Positions 27,748 through 37,625 of a stretch of DNA of 64,000 nt are shown one piece after another; position 1 is the first letter of the stretch, and each line of letters starts with the position of its first letter. Position numbers and translations under genes: made by a program. Location: sequence record OP599913.1, one strand, 5' to 3'. Below the pieces are notes generated by a model. It saw only the letters and a list, made by a program, of their open reading frames with translations. It was not told the origin of the DNA and made no database searches.

Positions 27748-28590
27748 CTATTTTGCTTTGGTTACAATCGTCTCGGTCTGATCACGGAAGACGGCTGCCA
27801 GTTCGTTCAGGAGGGTCATCATCGCTCCGCAGATGTCTGTAAACTCCACAAAACGATTAACCACCAACTCCACTTCGGTCAGAATCTTCTCATCCACTAC
27901 GAGATCATTGGTTTTGATCTTCTCAACCAGGAGTTGTCCCAGTTCATAGACCCGAGACAATTCCCGACTGGCCATTTCAACATCCCGAGCGCCCAGTAGC
28001 TTGGCCGACACGTTGTAGGTTTCCAGTACACTGTACAGTTCTTCGAAATTGACGTAAACTTCACCCAGGGTACACGTTTTGCGGTGGGGGTTGGATGGGA
28101 GACCTTTAAGGAACTGTTCGGAACGGTCCAGTACCGTATCGAAGTTGGTAATGGTCCAACGGAAACGGGTTTCGGGACGACCGGTCTTAATCAGTTGCTT
28201 AAGCCAATCGTATAGTCGAATTGCTTCGGTTTTCATACTACTGACCAGATAGACCCCATCCGTGGCTACGAATTGAGTATAGGCCATCATATTACCGAGT
28301 CCAGGCGTGTAGGTCTCCGGAACAATGACCGGCAAGCCGGCGTTCTTAACAAAGAGAATCTCTTTCCGCTGGATCGTTTTACGGAACTTTTCAACGTCCA
28401 GAGTGATAACCGACTTTTCGAAAGAGGCCAGGCGGCGGTCTATAGAGGCACCGAACTCAGAGAAGAAAAGACCCACACTTTCCCCTACACTGAGTTTTTC
28501 GGCCCCCAGGACTGAGAGAAGCTGGGGATTCTTGATCCGTTCGATGAAGTCTTTCGATGTAAAGGAATGTTCCATAACTGAAAATCTCAT
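27748..28590 (-). CDS. putative virion (head) protein
   Basis: 280-aa helical ORF between RNase H-like and RecA-like genes; function by synteny only. Confidence 0.6.
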   Translation of the reverse strand: MRFSVMEHSFTSKDFIERIKNPQLLSVLGAEKLSVGESVGLFFSEFGASIDRRLASFEKSVITLDVEKFRKTIQRKEILFVKNAGLPVIVPETYTPGLGNMMAYTQFVATDGVYLVSSMKTEAIRLYDWLKQLIKTGRPETRFRWTITNFDTVLDRSEQFLKGLPSNPHRKTCTLGEVYVNFEELYSVLETYNVSAKLLGARDVEMASRELSRVYELGQLLVEKIKTNDLVVDEKILTEVELVVNRFVEFTDICGAMMTLLNELAAVFRDQTETIVTKAK

Positions 28591-28687
28591 GAGTATAGTT
28601 TGGGGAATGGGTTTTTACGCAGACCCATCTAAAACAGGGCGTTGCCCTTTCAGCTAAAGTTCATAAAATACGAGGAATAAGAGGAAC

Positions 28688-30157
28688 ATGAGCACACCTC
28701 TTCTGTTTACCCAAGAGTTGGAATCGTCGGATACGTTGATTGTTGATCTTCCGTTTTCCCCTATCTTCGATATGTTAAACACCGAGATCTTGATGAGTGT
28801 ATCAGGCGTGGCGTATAACAACGGGGGTCTTTGTCGTAACAATGCGATCGCCGGTGGAAACAACACCCAGAAGACCGGGATGACCGTACTGGGTATGGCA
28901 CGGGTCCTGATTCGGTTTAAAGGGTCGGTTGTTTTCTTCTTTGATATTGAGGCCACCTTCTCTGTAGACCGTCTGGCGGAAATGGTAGACCGAGAGATCG
29001 GTATTCCCGAGTACTTCAACGAACAGATACTCGGTAAGCGATTCTTCTACTTCTCTCGGAATGATTTGGTAAATTCTTGTGATGGAGCCTTTGTTCATGA
29101 CAAGTTCAAATGGCTTAAAGAGAAGGTTACTGAACAGATTAAAGCCAAAGCTGATATCTTCATGAAGACCCCCTTTATTGACAGGGAAGGCAAACCCGTT
29201 AAGATTATTACCCCTATTCTGTGTGTGGTCGACTCTATCTCCGAAATGCCTTTCCAGCGTGTATCGGAGCATTTCCAGGAAGGGGAAGTCGATCAAGGCG
29301 GGGAGAAGAAGACTCGGGATTTGGTGATTGGCAACCTCCGCCGGATTGTCTATGAAGACGCGGATATCTTGGGTGGGGTATCGGGTTGCTACCAGATTTG
29401 GGTAGCTCAGGTTGTTGATAAGATCAATATGAACAGCCGTCCTGAAGAGAAGGAATCAGTCTTCATTCGTCCAGGGAAGAAGCTGAAAGGTCCTAAGGCC
29501 ATGATGCGTATTCCGCAGATCGGTCACGAGATCCTTAAAGGGTCGGTGCTTAAAGGTGGGAGCAACGGCCAAGAGTGGTTGTACCCGAATCCCTTCGGTA
29601 AGGACGTTATCGTGACGACCGACGCTAAAGAAATGCCTGACTTGATGCTTTACAGTAGTCAACCCTATCGGAATAAGGCGGGGATGTCAGGTATTAACGC
29701 GTTCTTCATTGGTTCCCAGTCCATGGGAATTCAAGAAGGTCTGACCATGTACCATGTACTGAAGACAGCTAAGTACTTCGGCCTGGAAGGGAGTGACCGC
29801 AGTCATCACTGCATTCTGTACCCTGATCTGAAGGTGGGACGTACCACTGTATGGGAAAATACCATTGAAGACCGTAAATTCCTGCGAGCACTGACCATCA
29901 TTTACCACTTGTGGTTCATGCAAACCTTCTGGCTGACACTTCCCCACAAATACCGTCTGACTCCTCAGGCATTGTACGACGGTATTATTGCTCAAGGACT
30001 GGACTGGAACGATATTCTGGAGAACACAGTAGACTACTGGTACACGAATCCAGATATTGACAAGTACACTGTTACAACGTATGAACTCATTCGCATTGCA
30101 CTGGGTGAACGTAAACCTTACTGGAAAGAGAAAGGTGCACCTAAGGCTATTATTTAA
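28688..30157 (+). CDS. RecA/UvsX-like recombinase
   Basis: Divergent Walker A GGNNTQKT, FFDIE, Walker B CVVDS; 489 aa as expected for jumbo-phage UvsX. Confidence 0.7.
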   Translation: MSTPLLFTQELESSDTLIVDLPFSPIFDMLNTEILMSVSGVAYNNGGLCRNNAIAGGNNTQKTGMTVLGMARVLIRFKGSVVFFFDIEATFSVDRLAEMVDREIGIPEYFNEQILGKRFFYFSRNDLVNSCDGAFVHDKFKWLKEKVTEQIKAKADIFMKTPFIDREGKPVKIITPILCVVDSISEMPFQRVSEHFQEGEVDQGGEKKTRDLVIGNLRRIVYEDADILGGVSGCYQIWVAQVVDKINMNSRPEEKESVFIRPGKKLKGPKAMMRIPQIGHEILKGSVLKGGSNGQEWLYPNPFGKDVIVTTDAKEMPDLMLYSSQPYRNKAGMSGINAFFIGSQSMGIQEGLTMYHVLKTAKYFGLEGSDRSHHCILYPDLKVGRTTVWENTIEDRKFLRALTIIYHLWFMQTFWLTLPHKYRLTPQALYDGIIAQGLDWNDILENTVDYWYTNPDIDKYTVTTYELIRIALGERKPYWKEKGAPKAII

Positions 30158-30215
30158 ATAAAGGGTGGGAGGGTAGCCTGAGTCCTCCCACCCCGACTTT
30201 GTAAAGGACCCCCTC

Positions 30216-30590
30216 ATGGAAACAGCACCGTGCCCTACCACCATTCTCATTATGGCGGACAGTAACTTTATTAATCTTTGCCTGGATCCGTTCGACTACA
30301 TCAGGCGGTTGAAAGAACGGGTGTCTGCCGTGCGGGAGGATAACCCGTTGTTGTATACCGTCAGTGGTCGCTATGGTGTGAGCGCGATTGACAGTGAAAT
30401 CCCGGTGATTGAAGTGAATGACCGGAATAAGACCCTCTTCAGTCAAACCTTGGAGAACTGCTCCATGTTGTTTGACGAACTCCTGGCGATCAGTACGGTC
30501 GAAAGTGATCCCTTTATTAACTCCGCCAAAGAAGTGATTACGTTGGCCAACAAGACGTTTACACATTACAAATACCCGAGGAAAGTGTAA
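30216..30590 (+). CDS. hypothetical protein
   Basis: 124-aa ORF; stop overlaps the next ATG (TAATG); start may be 30252. Confidence 0.65.
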   Translation: METAPCPTTILIMADSNFINLCLDPFDYIRRLKERVSAVREDNPLLYTVSGRYGVSAIDSEIPVIEVNDRNKTLFSQTLENCSMLFDELLAISTVESDPFINSAKEVITLANKTFTHYKYPRKV

Positions 30591-31267
30591 TGGCTGGTAA
30601 CCGGAAGGCATTTGAAGAACATGTGTATAAAGCCTTTGGCCCTCTGACCAAAGGGGGTGGCAATAAGAAGATTTATGAGAAACTCTTTGCCACCATGGAC
30701 GATGACGCTTTTGAAGACTTCGTCCAGTGGTTGGAAAAAGGGAATCCGCTAGCGATTTGGGCCAGTAACTTTGTTCCTGAAGAGAAACTGAATTTCGATA
30801 ACCTGATGAGACTCTGTAAACAGTTCGGTATTGAAGTTGAACACCAACTGGTTATTTACGACGAAGACACCGGGATCAAGTCACTGACCGCTTATAAGGC
30901 GATTGTAGGACGTGCTGAAGTCCGTAAACAACGTCAGATGTTGTCCAAGAAGTTCAGTGCGGCTAAGAACGACTACGAAATCGATGACCTCACCGGTCAA
31001 CCCATGGGGGACAGCCGGAGTGCGGGGATCAGCGGTCCCGAGGTTACCGTACTGCGTAACCTGGGTTTGAACATCATGGCGAATGAACTGTACAACGTTA
31101 AAGGCGGCGACCAAGAGGCCTTTAAGGCGTACAAGAACGATTTGTTGACCACCGGTAAGACTACCACCAATGGGAGCCTGCGTAAAGGCTCGGGTACCAA
31201 GGTGCTGAGCACGGTCCACCACCTCATGCGTGGTCGTCATATCGACACTAACTTTAACCAGAAGTGA
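30590..31267 (+). CDS. rpoB: virion RNA polymerase beta subunit, C-terminal fragment (phiKZ gp149-like)
   Basis: KKFSAAK..DDLTGQPMGDSRSAGISGPEVTVL..ELYNVKGGD aligns with bacterial beta KxHAR..TQQPLGG..GEME..ELLTVKSDD. Confidence 0.85.
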   Translation: MAGNRKAFEEHVYKAFGPLTKGGGNKKIYEKLFATMDDDAFEDFVQWLEKGNPLAIWASNFVPEEKLNFDNLMRLCKQFGIEVEHQLVIYDEDTGIKSLTAYKAIVGRAEVRKQRQMLSKKFSAAKNDYEIDDLTGQPMGDSRSAGISGPEVTVLRNLGLNIMANELYNVKGGDQEAFKAYKNDLLTTGKTTTNGSLRKGSGTKVLSTVHHLMRGRHIDTNFNQK

Positions 31268-31276
31268 TCTCTCCCC

Positions 31277-31690
31277 ATGGATAAACTCATTCATTTGTCG
31301 AATACCATTCAAGAAGTATGGTTAGACCTGTCAACCGGAGAAGCTCCTCCTCCCATTCTTCAGAACTTCTCGTCGCTTATCAACCGTCCTTTGATCTGTT
31401 TTAATGAAGCCTATTCAGTCTTCATGAACCAAGTGGGAAGTAGTAGTGATCTCTTCGACAGTTGGGTCAGTATTCAAATGATGGTTATCACCCGCTTGGG
31501 CGAGCATCAGGTGGCATTCAGTCAGTTCAGTCAAATGTTCAAGGAAGTCTTTAAGACCATTGAAGGGGGTAATGGACTGGATATTTCCGATGAGAATGAA
31601 TATAAACGCTGGAGTTTCTTGATTGCTTTAGCGTTTAGGGTGTATACCAGTCATTTCATTGTACCCCCATCTAAAGGACGTAAGGCATGA
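31277..31690 (+). CDS. hypothetical protein
   Basis: 137-aa ORF; ATGA overlap with the next gene. Confidence 0.7.
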   Translation: MDKLIHLSNTIQEVWLDLSTGEAPPPILQNFSSLINRPLICFNEAYSVFMNQVGSSSDLFDSWVSIQMMVITRLGEHQVAFSQFSQMFKEVFKTIEGGNGLDISDENEYKRWSFLIALAFRVYTSHFIVPPSKGRKA

Positions 31691-32469
31691 ATCGGGTATT
31701 AACCGCCTACGCGGATGTGGACAGTCTCTTCGATTATCGGAGGGGATTGATTCAGAAATGGTTAACACGAGACATGGCTGTTAGCGATGAAAACAGCTTG
31801 AGTGATGAAGCCTTTGCAGCGTATCAAGAGAAACGCCGGCTTCAAGGGGACGCCCTGTGGGAACTTCATATTGAGAAGAACTACAGGGAAAGAAGGATGG
31901 ATACGTTTAGTTATCCGTTCTTTGGGTTCACCCGACAGATATTCAGGGAACTCTATCAGAAACGGAGCTTACGGGATTGGGGGTATGGGTATTACCCTAC
32001 CGGGTTCCTATCTAATTTCGTTAAGGTGATTATCGAGCATGAACAACTGACCGATAAACCCATCGAGATCAAAGGGATTACCCTCACGATCAACTGTTTC
32101 CCTTATGTCATGGATACGGCCCTTAAGGAGGAGTTGATCGAGCACGTTAAGACTCGGTTAGGCTACCGGGTGGAGGTGAAGACCGTTGATGACGACATTA
32201 TCAATGCGACACCCTCCTACTATCGACAGTTCGATTATGTCTTCAAATACGACTTCCTGTTGAATGAAGACTATAAGTCCTTCTTTGAGAACGTCGGTAA
32301 ACCGCCTATTCCTGATACGGCGTTTTTGGTTCCAGATCTCCTGGTTCAAGAAACCGAGTATTTGGAAGGGAGTATTTACGACCGTATCTTCGCCCAATCC
32401 ATTGCGCTGGCTCCTGTATTGAAATTGATTCCGATCAATAAAGGTTTCTATGATTACTTGACGGAATAA
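31687..32469 (+). CDS. hypothetical protein
   Basis: 260-aa ORF, TAAGG RBS. Confidence 0.78.
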   Translation: MNRVLTAYADVDSLFDYRRGLIQKWLTRDMAVSDENSLSDEAFAAYQEKRRLQGDALWELHIEKNYRERRMDTFSYPFFGFTRQIFRELYQKRSLRDWGYGYYPTGFLSNFVKVIIEHEQLTDKPIEIKGITLTINCFPYVMDTALKEELIEHVKTRLGYRVEVKTVDDDIINATPSYYRQFDYVFKYDFLLNEDYKSFFENVGKPPIPDTAFLVPDLLVQETEYLEGSIYDRIFAQSIALAPVLKLIPINKGFYDYLTE

Positions 32470-32478
32470 CCCCTTTAT

Positions 32479-32508
32479 TAACTGGGTGGGGAAATCCCCA
32501 CCCAGTTA
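32479..32508. terminator. bidirectional hairpin terminator
   Basis: TAACTGGGTGGGG-aaat-CCCCACCCAGTTA between convergent stops. Confidence 0.75.
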
Positions 32509-32519
32509 TGTTCGCTTGG

Positions 32520-33032
32520 TCAAATTTCCTCACCATCGATATCCACCAGCTGATTCCCCTGGACCAGCTCTTCTTCCGTAATGGGACTCAAGGTAGGATC
32601 CAGAGGCAGGGGTTTAGAGGGATCCAGTACGAACTGCGAGAACTCAAAGGTGGGGAGTTTAATCCCTCCACTTTGAATACGCTCCATAGCCTCCAGCATT
32701 TGGTTAAAGGCCAGTCGGTTGCCTTCATTCTCTTTCTTCTTAGCCCGCTCTTTACGGTCATCCCGTACGGTCTTTTCAATCTGCGCAATAATCTGGGTCA
32801 CCCCTTCCAGTAGATGCGCATTCTTCGGATTATCCAAATACGCAGACATAGCGTATTCCAGAATGAAAGCCCGGTTACGTTGTACTACCTTAACCAGTTC
32901 TTCCTGTTCGATATCCTCCAGATTACCAGTCATTGCCTTACGGAGTTCTTCCAAAACCGTTTGCATTTTATCCGTATCCAAAGGACTGGCTTTCTTCTTT
33001 TCCTTTTCGGGTGTGTCGTCGGGCGTTTCCAT
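32520..33032 (-). CDS. hypothetical coiled-coil protein
   Basis: 170-aa ORF with plausible protein composition. Confidence 0.72.
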   Translation of the reverse strand: METPDDTPEKEKKKASPLDTDKMQTVLEELRKAMTGNLEDIEQEELVKVVQRNRAFILEYAMSAYLDNPKNAHLLEGVTQIIAQIEKTVRDDRKERAKKKENEGNRLAFNQMLEAMERIQSGGIKLPTFEFSQFVLDPSKPLPLDPTLSPITEEELVQGNQLVDIDGEEI

Positions 33033-33035
33033 GAT

Positions 33036-33056
33036 TTTTCAGACCTACATTATTCG
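33036..33056 (+). promoter_or_regulatory. putative phage promoter (CTACATTA variant)
   Basis: TTTTCAGACCTACATTATT in the 49-nt divergent gap. Confidence 0.5.
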
Positions 33057-33081
33057 TTTGAGTGGTTAGGAGTATGTGTAA

Positions 33082-33660
33082 ATGGCACTAACTAAACGGG
33101 CTCTATTCAGGTGGTTAAGCCGGATACCTGGTATAGGTAACCTGTTTAACCGAAAACTGGATTCCCTCACGATCGAGCAGCTGACTGAGATTAATCAACG
33201 GTTCTCTAAGGCTTCAGTACGGTTCGCGGCTCAGATCCAGGATCTATACGATTGCTTAAAGCCCCTAAATACGTCCTTTGACATCGATCCGAGGGTCTAC
33301 CTACCCTTACCTATTGAACTGTCAACAAAGTCCTCTAAGGACGCTCACAGGCTGGTAGAGAGGGTACTGTCAGGTTACTCGTGGAACCCTGACGAACACT
33401 TCGTGAGTAACATGATCGAACACTACCCCAGTTTCCTGGACTGGTACAGTAACGGTTACAGTCTCGACGGGTATTACCAGGGGATGCTGAAACTCATGGA
33501 ACTGTACTGTACCTTATTCCCTGTTATACCGAATGAGGACGATCCTGTTGAATGTCATCCTGTCGTAGAGAACTTCTTAACCAGCCGGTGGTTTAGGCTG
33601 ACGGTTATTGACCTGATCAAAATACTGACTCTGGTGCTTATCCAACGTCGGGGAGGTTAA
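33082..33660 (+). CDS. hypothetical protein
   Basis: 192-aa ORF, TAGGAG RBS. Confidence 0.75.
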   Translation: MALTKRALFRWLSRIPGIGNLFNRKLDSLTIEQLTEINQRFSKASVRFAAQIQDLYDCLKPLNTSFDIDPRVYLPLPIELSTKSSKDAHRLVERVLSGYSWNPDEHFVSNMIEHYPSFLDWYSNGYSLDGYYQGMLKLMELYCTLFPVIPNEDDPVECHPVVENFLTSRWFRLTVIDLIKILTLVLIQRRGG

Positions 33661-34095
33661 ATGGAAGCAAACAGAAAGAGACCCAAAGCCAGCCGGTTGG
33701 AGAGTATCTCCCACAAGTTTGTACGGGATGAAGAACTCAGAGATCCCCCTGCTCGGTTATTCCGGGCAATTCTGAACAAAGTGGTTCCTACCCCTCACAA
33801 GTGGAAGAACTACTTACGGGATTATCTGGAGTATGTGGTGACCACCCGAGATCCCCAACGGGCTAAGACCGAACGCATTACCCGGCAAGGTAACATTAAG
33901 GCAACCTATTTCCAAAGCTATACGTTAACCTTCCAGAAACTCTTGGAAGGGTTGTCTATCCTACGGATGAAATCTTGCAGAATCATCATCGAGGTTGTTG
34001 ATGAACACGGTGAAATACTCACAGTGGAAGAAACCATTCGCATCGTAGAGAAGAAGCGTTTGGAGAAACCCATTGTGGATGAACCGGAAGAGTGA
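33661..34095 (+). CDS. hypothetical protein
   Basis: 144-aa ORF, GGAGG RBS, abuts the upstream stop. Confidence 0.78.
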   Translation: MEANRKRPKASRLESISHKFVRDEELRDPPARLFRAILNKVVPTPHKWKNYLRDYLEYVVTTRDPQRAKTERITRQGNIKATYFQSYTLTFQKLLEGLSILRMKSCRIIIEVVDEHGEILTVEETIRIVEKKRLEKPIVDEPEE

Positions 34096-34100
34096 ATGCA

Positions 34101-34152
34101 GGAGTAGGTGCGCTAGCGCACCTACTCCCCTTCCCCTTTATTCTTTATTTTT
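34101..34152 (+). terminator. intrinsic terminator
   Basis: GGAGTAGGTGCGC/GCGCACCTACTCC stem plus T-rich tract. Confidence 0.8.
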
Positions 34153-34164
34153 TGGAGTGCCGCT

Positions 34165-35274
34165 ATGGGTATCCTTGACGGGTTCAATCTGTCTTCGGGT
34201 ATTAATGCCTTTAAGAAAGAAACCGAAACCGCAATGCGGGGGGTTAAAAGTGAAACCCTAACCCCTATTGATGTCACCGCCAGTCGCCTTAAAGAAGGGG
34301 TGGCCCTCACTAACCCGAATGACACCACACTCAAGTCAACCATCACCGCGTACCGGAGTTCGGTTGTAGAAGCCCTAGATGGTGTTATTGGAGCCCTGTC
34401 AGGCGGTTTACTCAATACGAAGGACATTACCCGAGCCATTCGTATTGATAGCAATGGGGTCAGTTTCAGTGATGATGACTTGATTACCGCGGCAGGGAAT
34501 CAAATGGGTGTTAACGTCTGGGGTAAGAACGGCGTTAAGCAACTCATCGCAGACACCCTCACCGCAGAATTCAATCGACTCACTGGATTGAATGTGGGTC
34601 AAATTATCCAGGTCGGTTATGGTGACAAAGGTTCACCCTTCCGTATCAATGACAGTTGGAGAACTCAGCTCGGTAGCGCCACCCTCGATATGCTCAGGGA
34701 TTATACCGGTATTGATGAGTTTGTAGACGTCAGTGTTCAATCGGCGTTTTACAACGCCATCCTGTACAACTCAGCGATGTACGGGATGAGTGACAGTTAT
34801 AAAACCCAATGGGATAACTACCCGTATCTCTCTCTGAGACAAGATGCCTTTATTGAAGCCATTCAGTACATGATTACGAATGGGGATGTTGAGAGTATCA
34901 GTAAGGTCTTTGAACTCATTAATACCGAAGGGAAGAATACCTTACTGAGTAAATACCCGGATTTCATTGAAACCCTCTTTACGAAGTTCTCCTTCGACAG
35001 TCAAGTCCACAGTGAAGAGCACCCTGCGATTCGTACGAAACTCTTAAACGTCTTAGAAACGGTAGCCGGTAAAGAGTGGTATTACCGGGAGACCCAATTC
35101 GGTAAAGCGTACAACCTGGGGTTGGTATCGAACATCAGTGACGACATGGTAACCCTGTTAACGCCTGTCGAAGAGTTGATTCCCCTCTTAACCACCCGGG
35201 GGATCTTTCAGACTGAACGGGCAACGGATGTATTGAATCAATCCTTCCCGAACGCCCCTATTCGCATTAAATAA
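34165..35274 (+). CDS. putative virion structural protein (369 aa)
   Basis: Long ORF with GGAG RBS; function inferred from the structural-gene neighbourhood only. Confidence 0.65.
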   Translation: MGILDGFNLSSGINAFKKETETAMRGVKSETLTPIDVTASRLKEGVALTNPNDTTLKSTITAYRSSVVEALDGVIGALSGGLLNTKDITRAIRIDSNGVSFSDDDLITAAGNQMGVNVWGKNGVKQLIADTLTAEFNRLTGLNVGQIIQVGYGDKGSPFRINDSWRTQLGSATLDMLRDYTGIDEFVDVSVQSAFYNAILYNSAMYGMSDSYKTQWDNYPYLSLRQDAFIEAIQYMITNGDVESISKVFELINTEGKNTLLSKYPDFIETLFTKFSFDSQVHSEEHPAIRTKLLNVLETVAGKEWYYRETQFGKAYNLGLVSNISDDMVTLLTPVEELIPLLTTRGIFQTERATDVLNQSFPNAPIRIK

Positions 35275-35285
35275 CCCTAACGAAG

Positions 35286-35317
35286 ACTCCCCTACCCCTT
35301 AATTGGGGTAGGGGAGT
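35286..35317. terminator. bidirectional hairpin terminator
   Basis: ACTCCCCTACCCC/GGGGTAGGGGAGT between convergent stops. Confidence 0.75.
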
Positions 35318-35364
35318 TATTACTGAATAAGTTCTTTTAATCAATACAAAATAGAAGAGGTGTT

Positions 35365-37557
35365 CTATCTTGCAAGAGGGCGTGAAAGGATCCTGGCGAG
35401 ATCTGCCGCTATCGAGTCATTTATCTTAGCCGCGATGTTGTCAGAACGAATACTGGTCTTAATATCCGTGACCACACCCGTCAGTTGACGATTCAAACGC
35501 GACCACCGCAGAATGGTATCCAGGTAGTCCATCCCTGTGATACGACTGGCAAAGTTGTTGAACGCACTGTCATCCGACAGAATACGACTGACCACCGCAT
35601 TCGGATTAGTAAGATCCAGGATGCTAATGGACCGATCAATGGGAAGAGTGACCAGGGGTTCCAGATCGGTAATCTGTAAACTGGCCGTCATATTCAACGG
35701 TTTACGATCACGAGTCCACCCTGCATCTCCTTCCCCCAGGGTCAGATCCAGTTGAGTCACCAGACCGGTACGGATGATTCCACGAGACTTACAGAAAGCT
35801 TTCACGTAGAAGGGTGAGGTATGGGTTCCACCACCTGAGGTATTACCGGCCACTAAGGGCAGTAGGAGGGAAATCAATACCCAGATCTTAACAATCTGCT
35901 CATACGGGTGTGCGTAGTTACACACTGACTTAATGGTGTAGGTCTCCGTATGGAGATTGCAGGAGGATTCGGTCCAGTGGTCAGGGATCTTGACGTAACT
36001 GTTATTGGCAACAGCCAGGGGGATATTTCCAATAACAGACCCGGAAAGGGCTCCCATAGCCGCGTCTTTAACAATGTTAATCAGTCCATCGACAATGGCT
36101 AAGCCAGTTTGACCTTTAGCCACATCGAAGGTGAAGTCATTGGTAGTGCGAACAATGGAATTGAACTTCTCCGCCATAGGCGATTGCCCAGTGCTATTAG
36201 AGAAGGAATCCCGAGTAGCTCCCCCGTTCCCCTCTACGCGGAAGGTGATCCCATCCATACCACCGGCTACAGCGGTTTTAACGAGGTCGTAAATATCTCC
36301 CATCCACGTACGATCGTTAGGGTTGTCTTCGTAGTAGAACTGATCCCCATTGTTAACAGAGGGATTAGCGGTCACCGAGGGGGTAGCGGGAGAGGGGCGT
36401 TGAGGGCGTTCGTTGGGGTTTACAGGAGGAGCTGAAGTACCATAAGACCCACCCGTTCCCATAGGCTGCATGGTGGAGGTGGGTTGTCCGTCAGGTCCGG
36501 TTGGAGGTTGTTCCAGTTCAAGGTTGGCAATTCCATATTGCTTATTACGTGCAGGGTCGATGTCTTGATAAGCGCCTCGGTTGAGATAGGCGCTGTCTTC
36601 TTCAACGTAGTTGGGTTCATTATCACCCCGGTATTTACCGACTGTGCTCATTTCCTTTTCAATATACTCTTGAGAAGGTCTGCCAGCGGTTACCGAACGA
36701 TCGAAGGTGACTTCTTGAAGGATTTGTTTGGCTCGTTCCAATTTCTGTTGGGGGGAGTTAATTGAAGTGTCGTTGTCCATAGAGGCCAGACGCTCCAACA
36801 TTACCCGGTGTTTACGCACCCCTTTATTGACCAACCGCATGAGGTCAATAGTCCCATCCTGGTTGACGCAATCAGGAAAGAGGGTAGACAAACTGGAAAC
36901 GGCTTTACTGTTGTCGTAATCGGGTTTAAGACCGTACAGGGGATCGGTCTGTTGCTGGTTCATCTTAGGTAGGATGGGATCAATGTACCCCAGTTTCACC
37001 ATGAAGTCATTCAGCACACCGGTAGCCACCATGGTGTACGCCCCAACCGCAGGCTTAACAGTCCAGAACTGATGCTTGGGGGAATCTGCTAAGAATGCCA
37101 GGAATTGTGTGCTGATACTCAACAGCTGCATAGGCCAAAAGGCAATAGAACCGATGGCTTGCCCCATGTAGAACGACAGACTGGGCGCCCGCCCTTTGTT
37201 CGCAATGATAGCCGCTGCGGGAGAGAACATGTTTGTAATGAATGACAACAGACCAGCGAACTGAGCCACACCTGGAGTAATGGTTAAGAGAGTGGCATTG
37301 TTGTCGTAGATCTCTTTATACATGGAGCCGAATCCCCCTTCTGGGGTGACCATTAACCGTCCGTACCGGGGATCGGTCGCAGGGCTCCATTGAGGCACAG
37401 GGTTCACAAAGCGGTTATCCCCTGTTGCACTACTGAAAACGTTGAAATATTTGTCCCAATCGAGGATGTCTAATACTTCACTCGGTGGGATACCGCGGGT
37501 TAACAGACGGAACGATTTCGTGATAATGTCCCGGTCGCGTGTCGTCACCTGAGCCAT
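35365..37557 (-). CDS. virion tail/baseplate protein (phiKZ gp182-like by synteny)
   Basis: ~730 aa from MAQVTTRDRD; directly downstream of the tape-measure/muramidase gene. Confidence 0.65.
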   Translation of the reverse strand: MAQVTTRDRDIITKSFRLLTRGIPPSEVLDILDWDKYFNVFSSATGDNRFVNPVPQWSPATDPRYGRLMVTPEGGFGSMYKEIYDNNATLLTITPGVAQFAGLLSFITNMFSPAAAIIANKGRAPSLSFYMGQAIGSIAFWPMQLLSISTQFLAFLADSPKHQFWTVKPAVGAYTMVATGVLNDFMVKLGYIDPILPKMNQQQTDPLYGLKPDYDNSKAVSSLSTLFPDCVNQDGTIDLMRLVNKGVRKHRVMLERLASMDNDTSINSPQQKLERAKQILQEVTFDRSVTAGRPSQEYIEKEMSTVGKYRGDNEPNYVEEDSAYLNRGAYQDIDPARNKQYGIANLELEQPPTGPDGQPTSTMQPMGTGGSYGTSAPPVNPNERPQRPSPATPSVTANPSVNNGDQFYYEDNPNDRTWMGDIYDLVKTAVAGGMDGITFRVEGNGGATRDSFSNSTGQSPMAEKFNSIVRTTNDFTFDVAKGQTGLAIVDGLINIVKDAAMGALSGSVIGNIPLAVANNSYVKIPDHWTESSCNLHTETYTIKSVCNYAHPYEQIVKIWVLISLLLPLVAGNTSGGGTHTSPFYVKAFCKSRGIIRTGLVTQLDLTLGEGDAGWTRDRKPLNMTASLQITDLEPLVTLPIDRSISILDLTNPNAVVSRILSDDSAFNNFASRITGMDYLDTILRWSRLNRQLTGVVTDIKTSIRSDNIAAKINDSIAADLARILSRPLAR

Positions 37558-37591
37558 CGTGAATAAATTCCTAAGGTTAACTAAAAGAGGC

Positions 37592-37613
37592 GGGGAGTAC
37601 ATCAGTACTCCCC
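37592..37613 (-). terminator. hairpin after the tape-measure gene
   Basis: GGGGAGTAC-atca-GTACTCCCC. Confidence 0.55.
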
Positions 37614-37625
37614 TATTAAGATGGA

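Noticed and set aside
30590-31267. Split of vRNAP beta C-terminus into a separate gene as a novelty
   Set aside because: Split multisubunit RNAPs are an established feature of phiKZ-like phages, and no intron elements flank this gene
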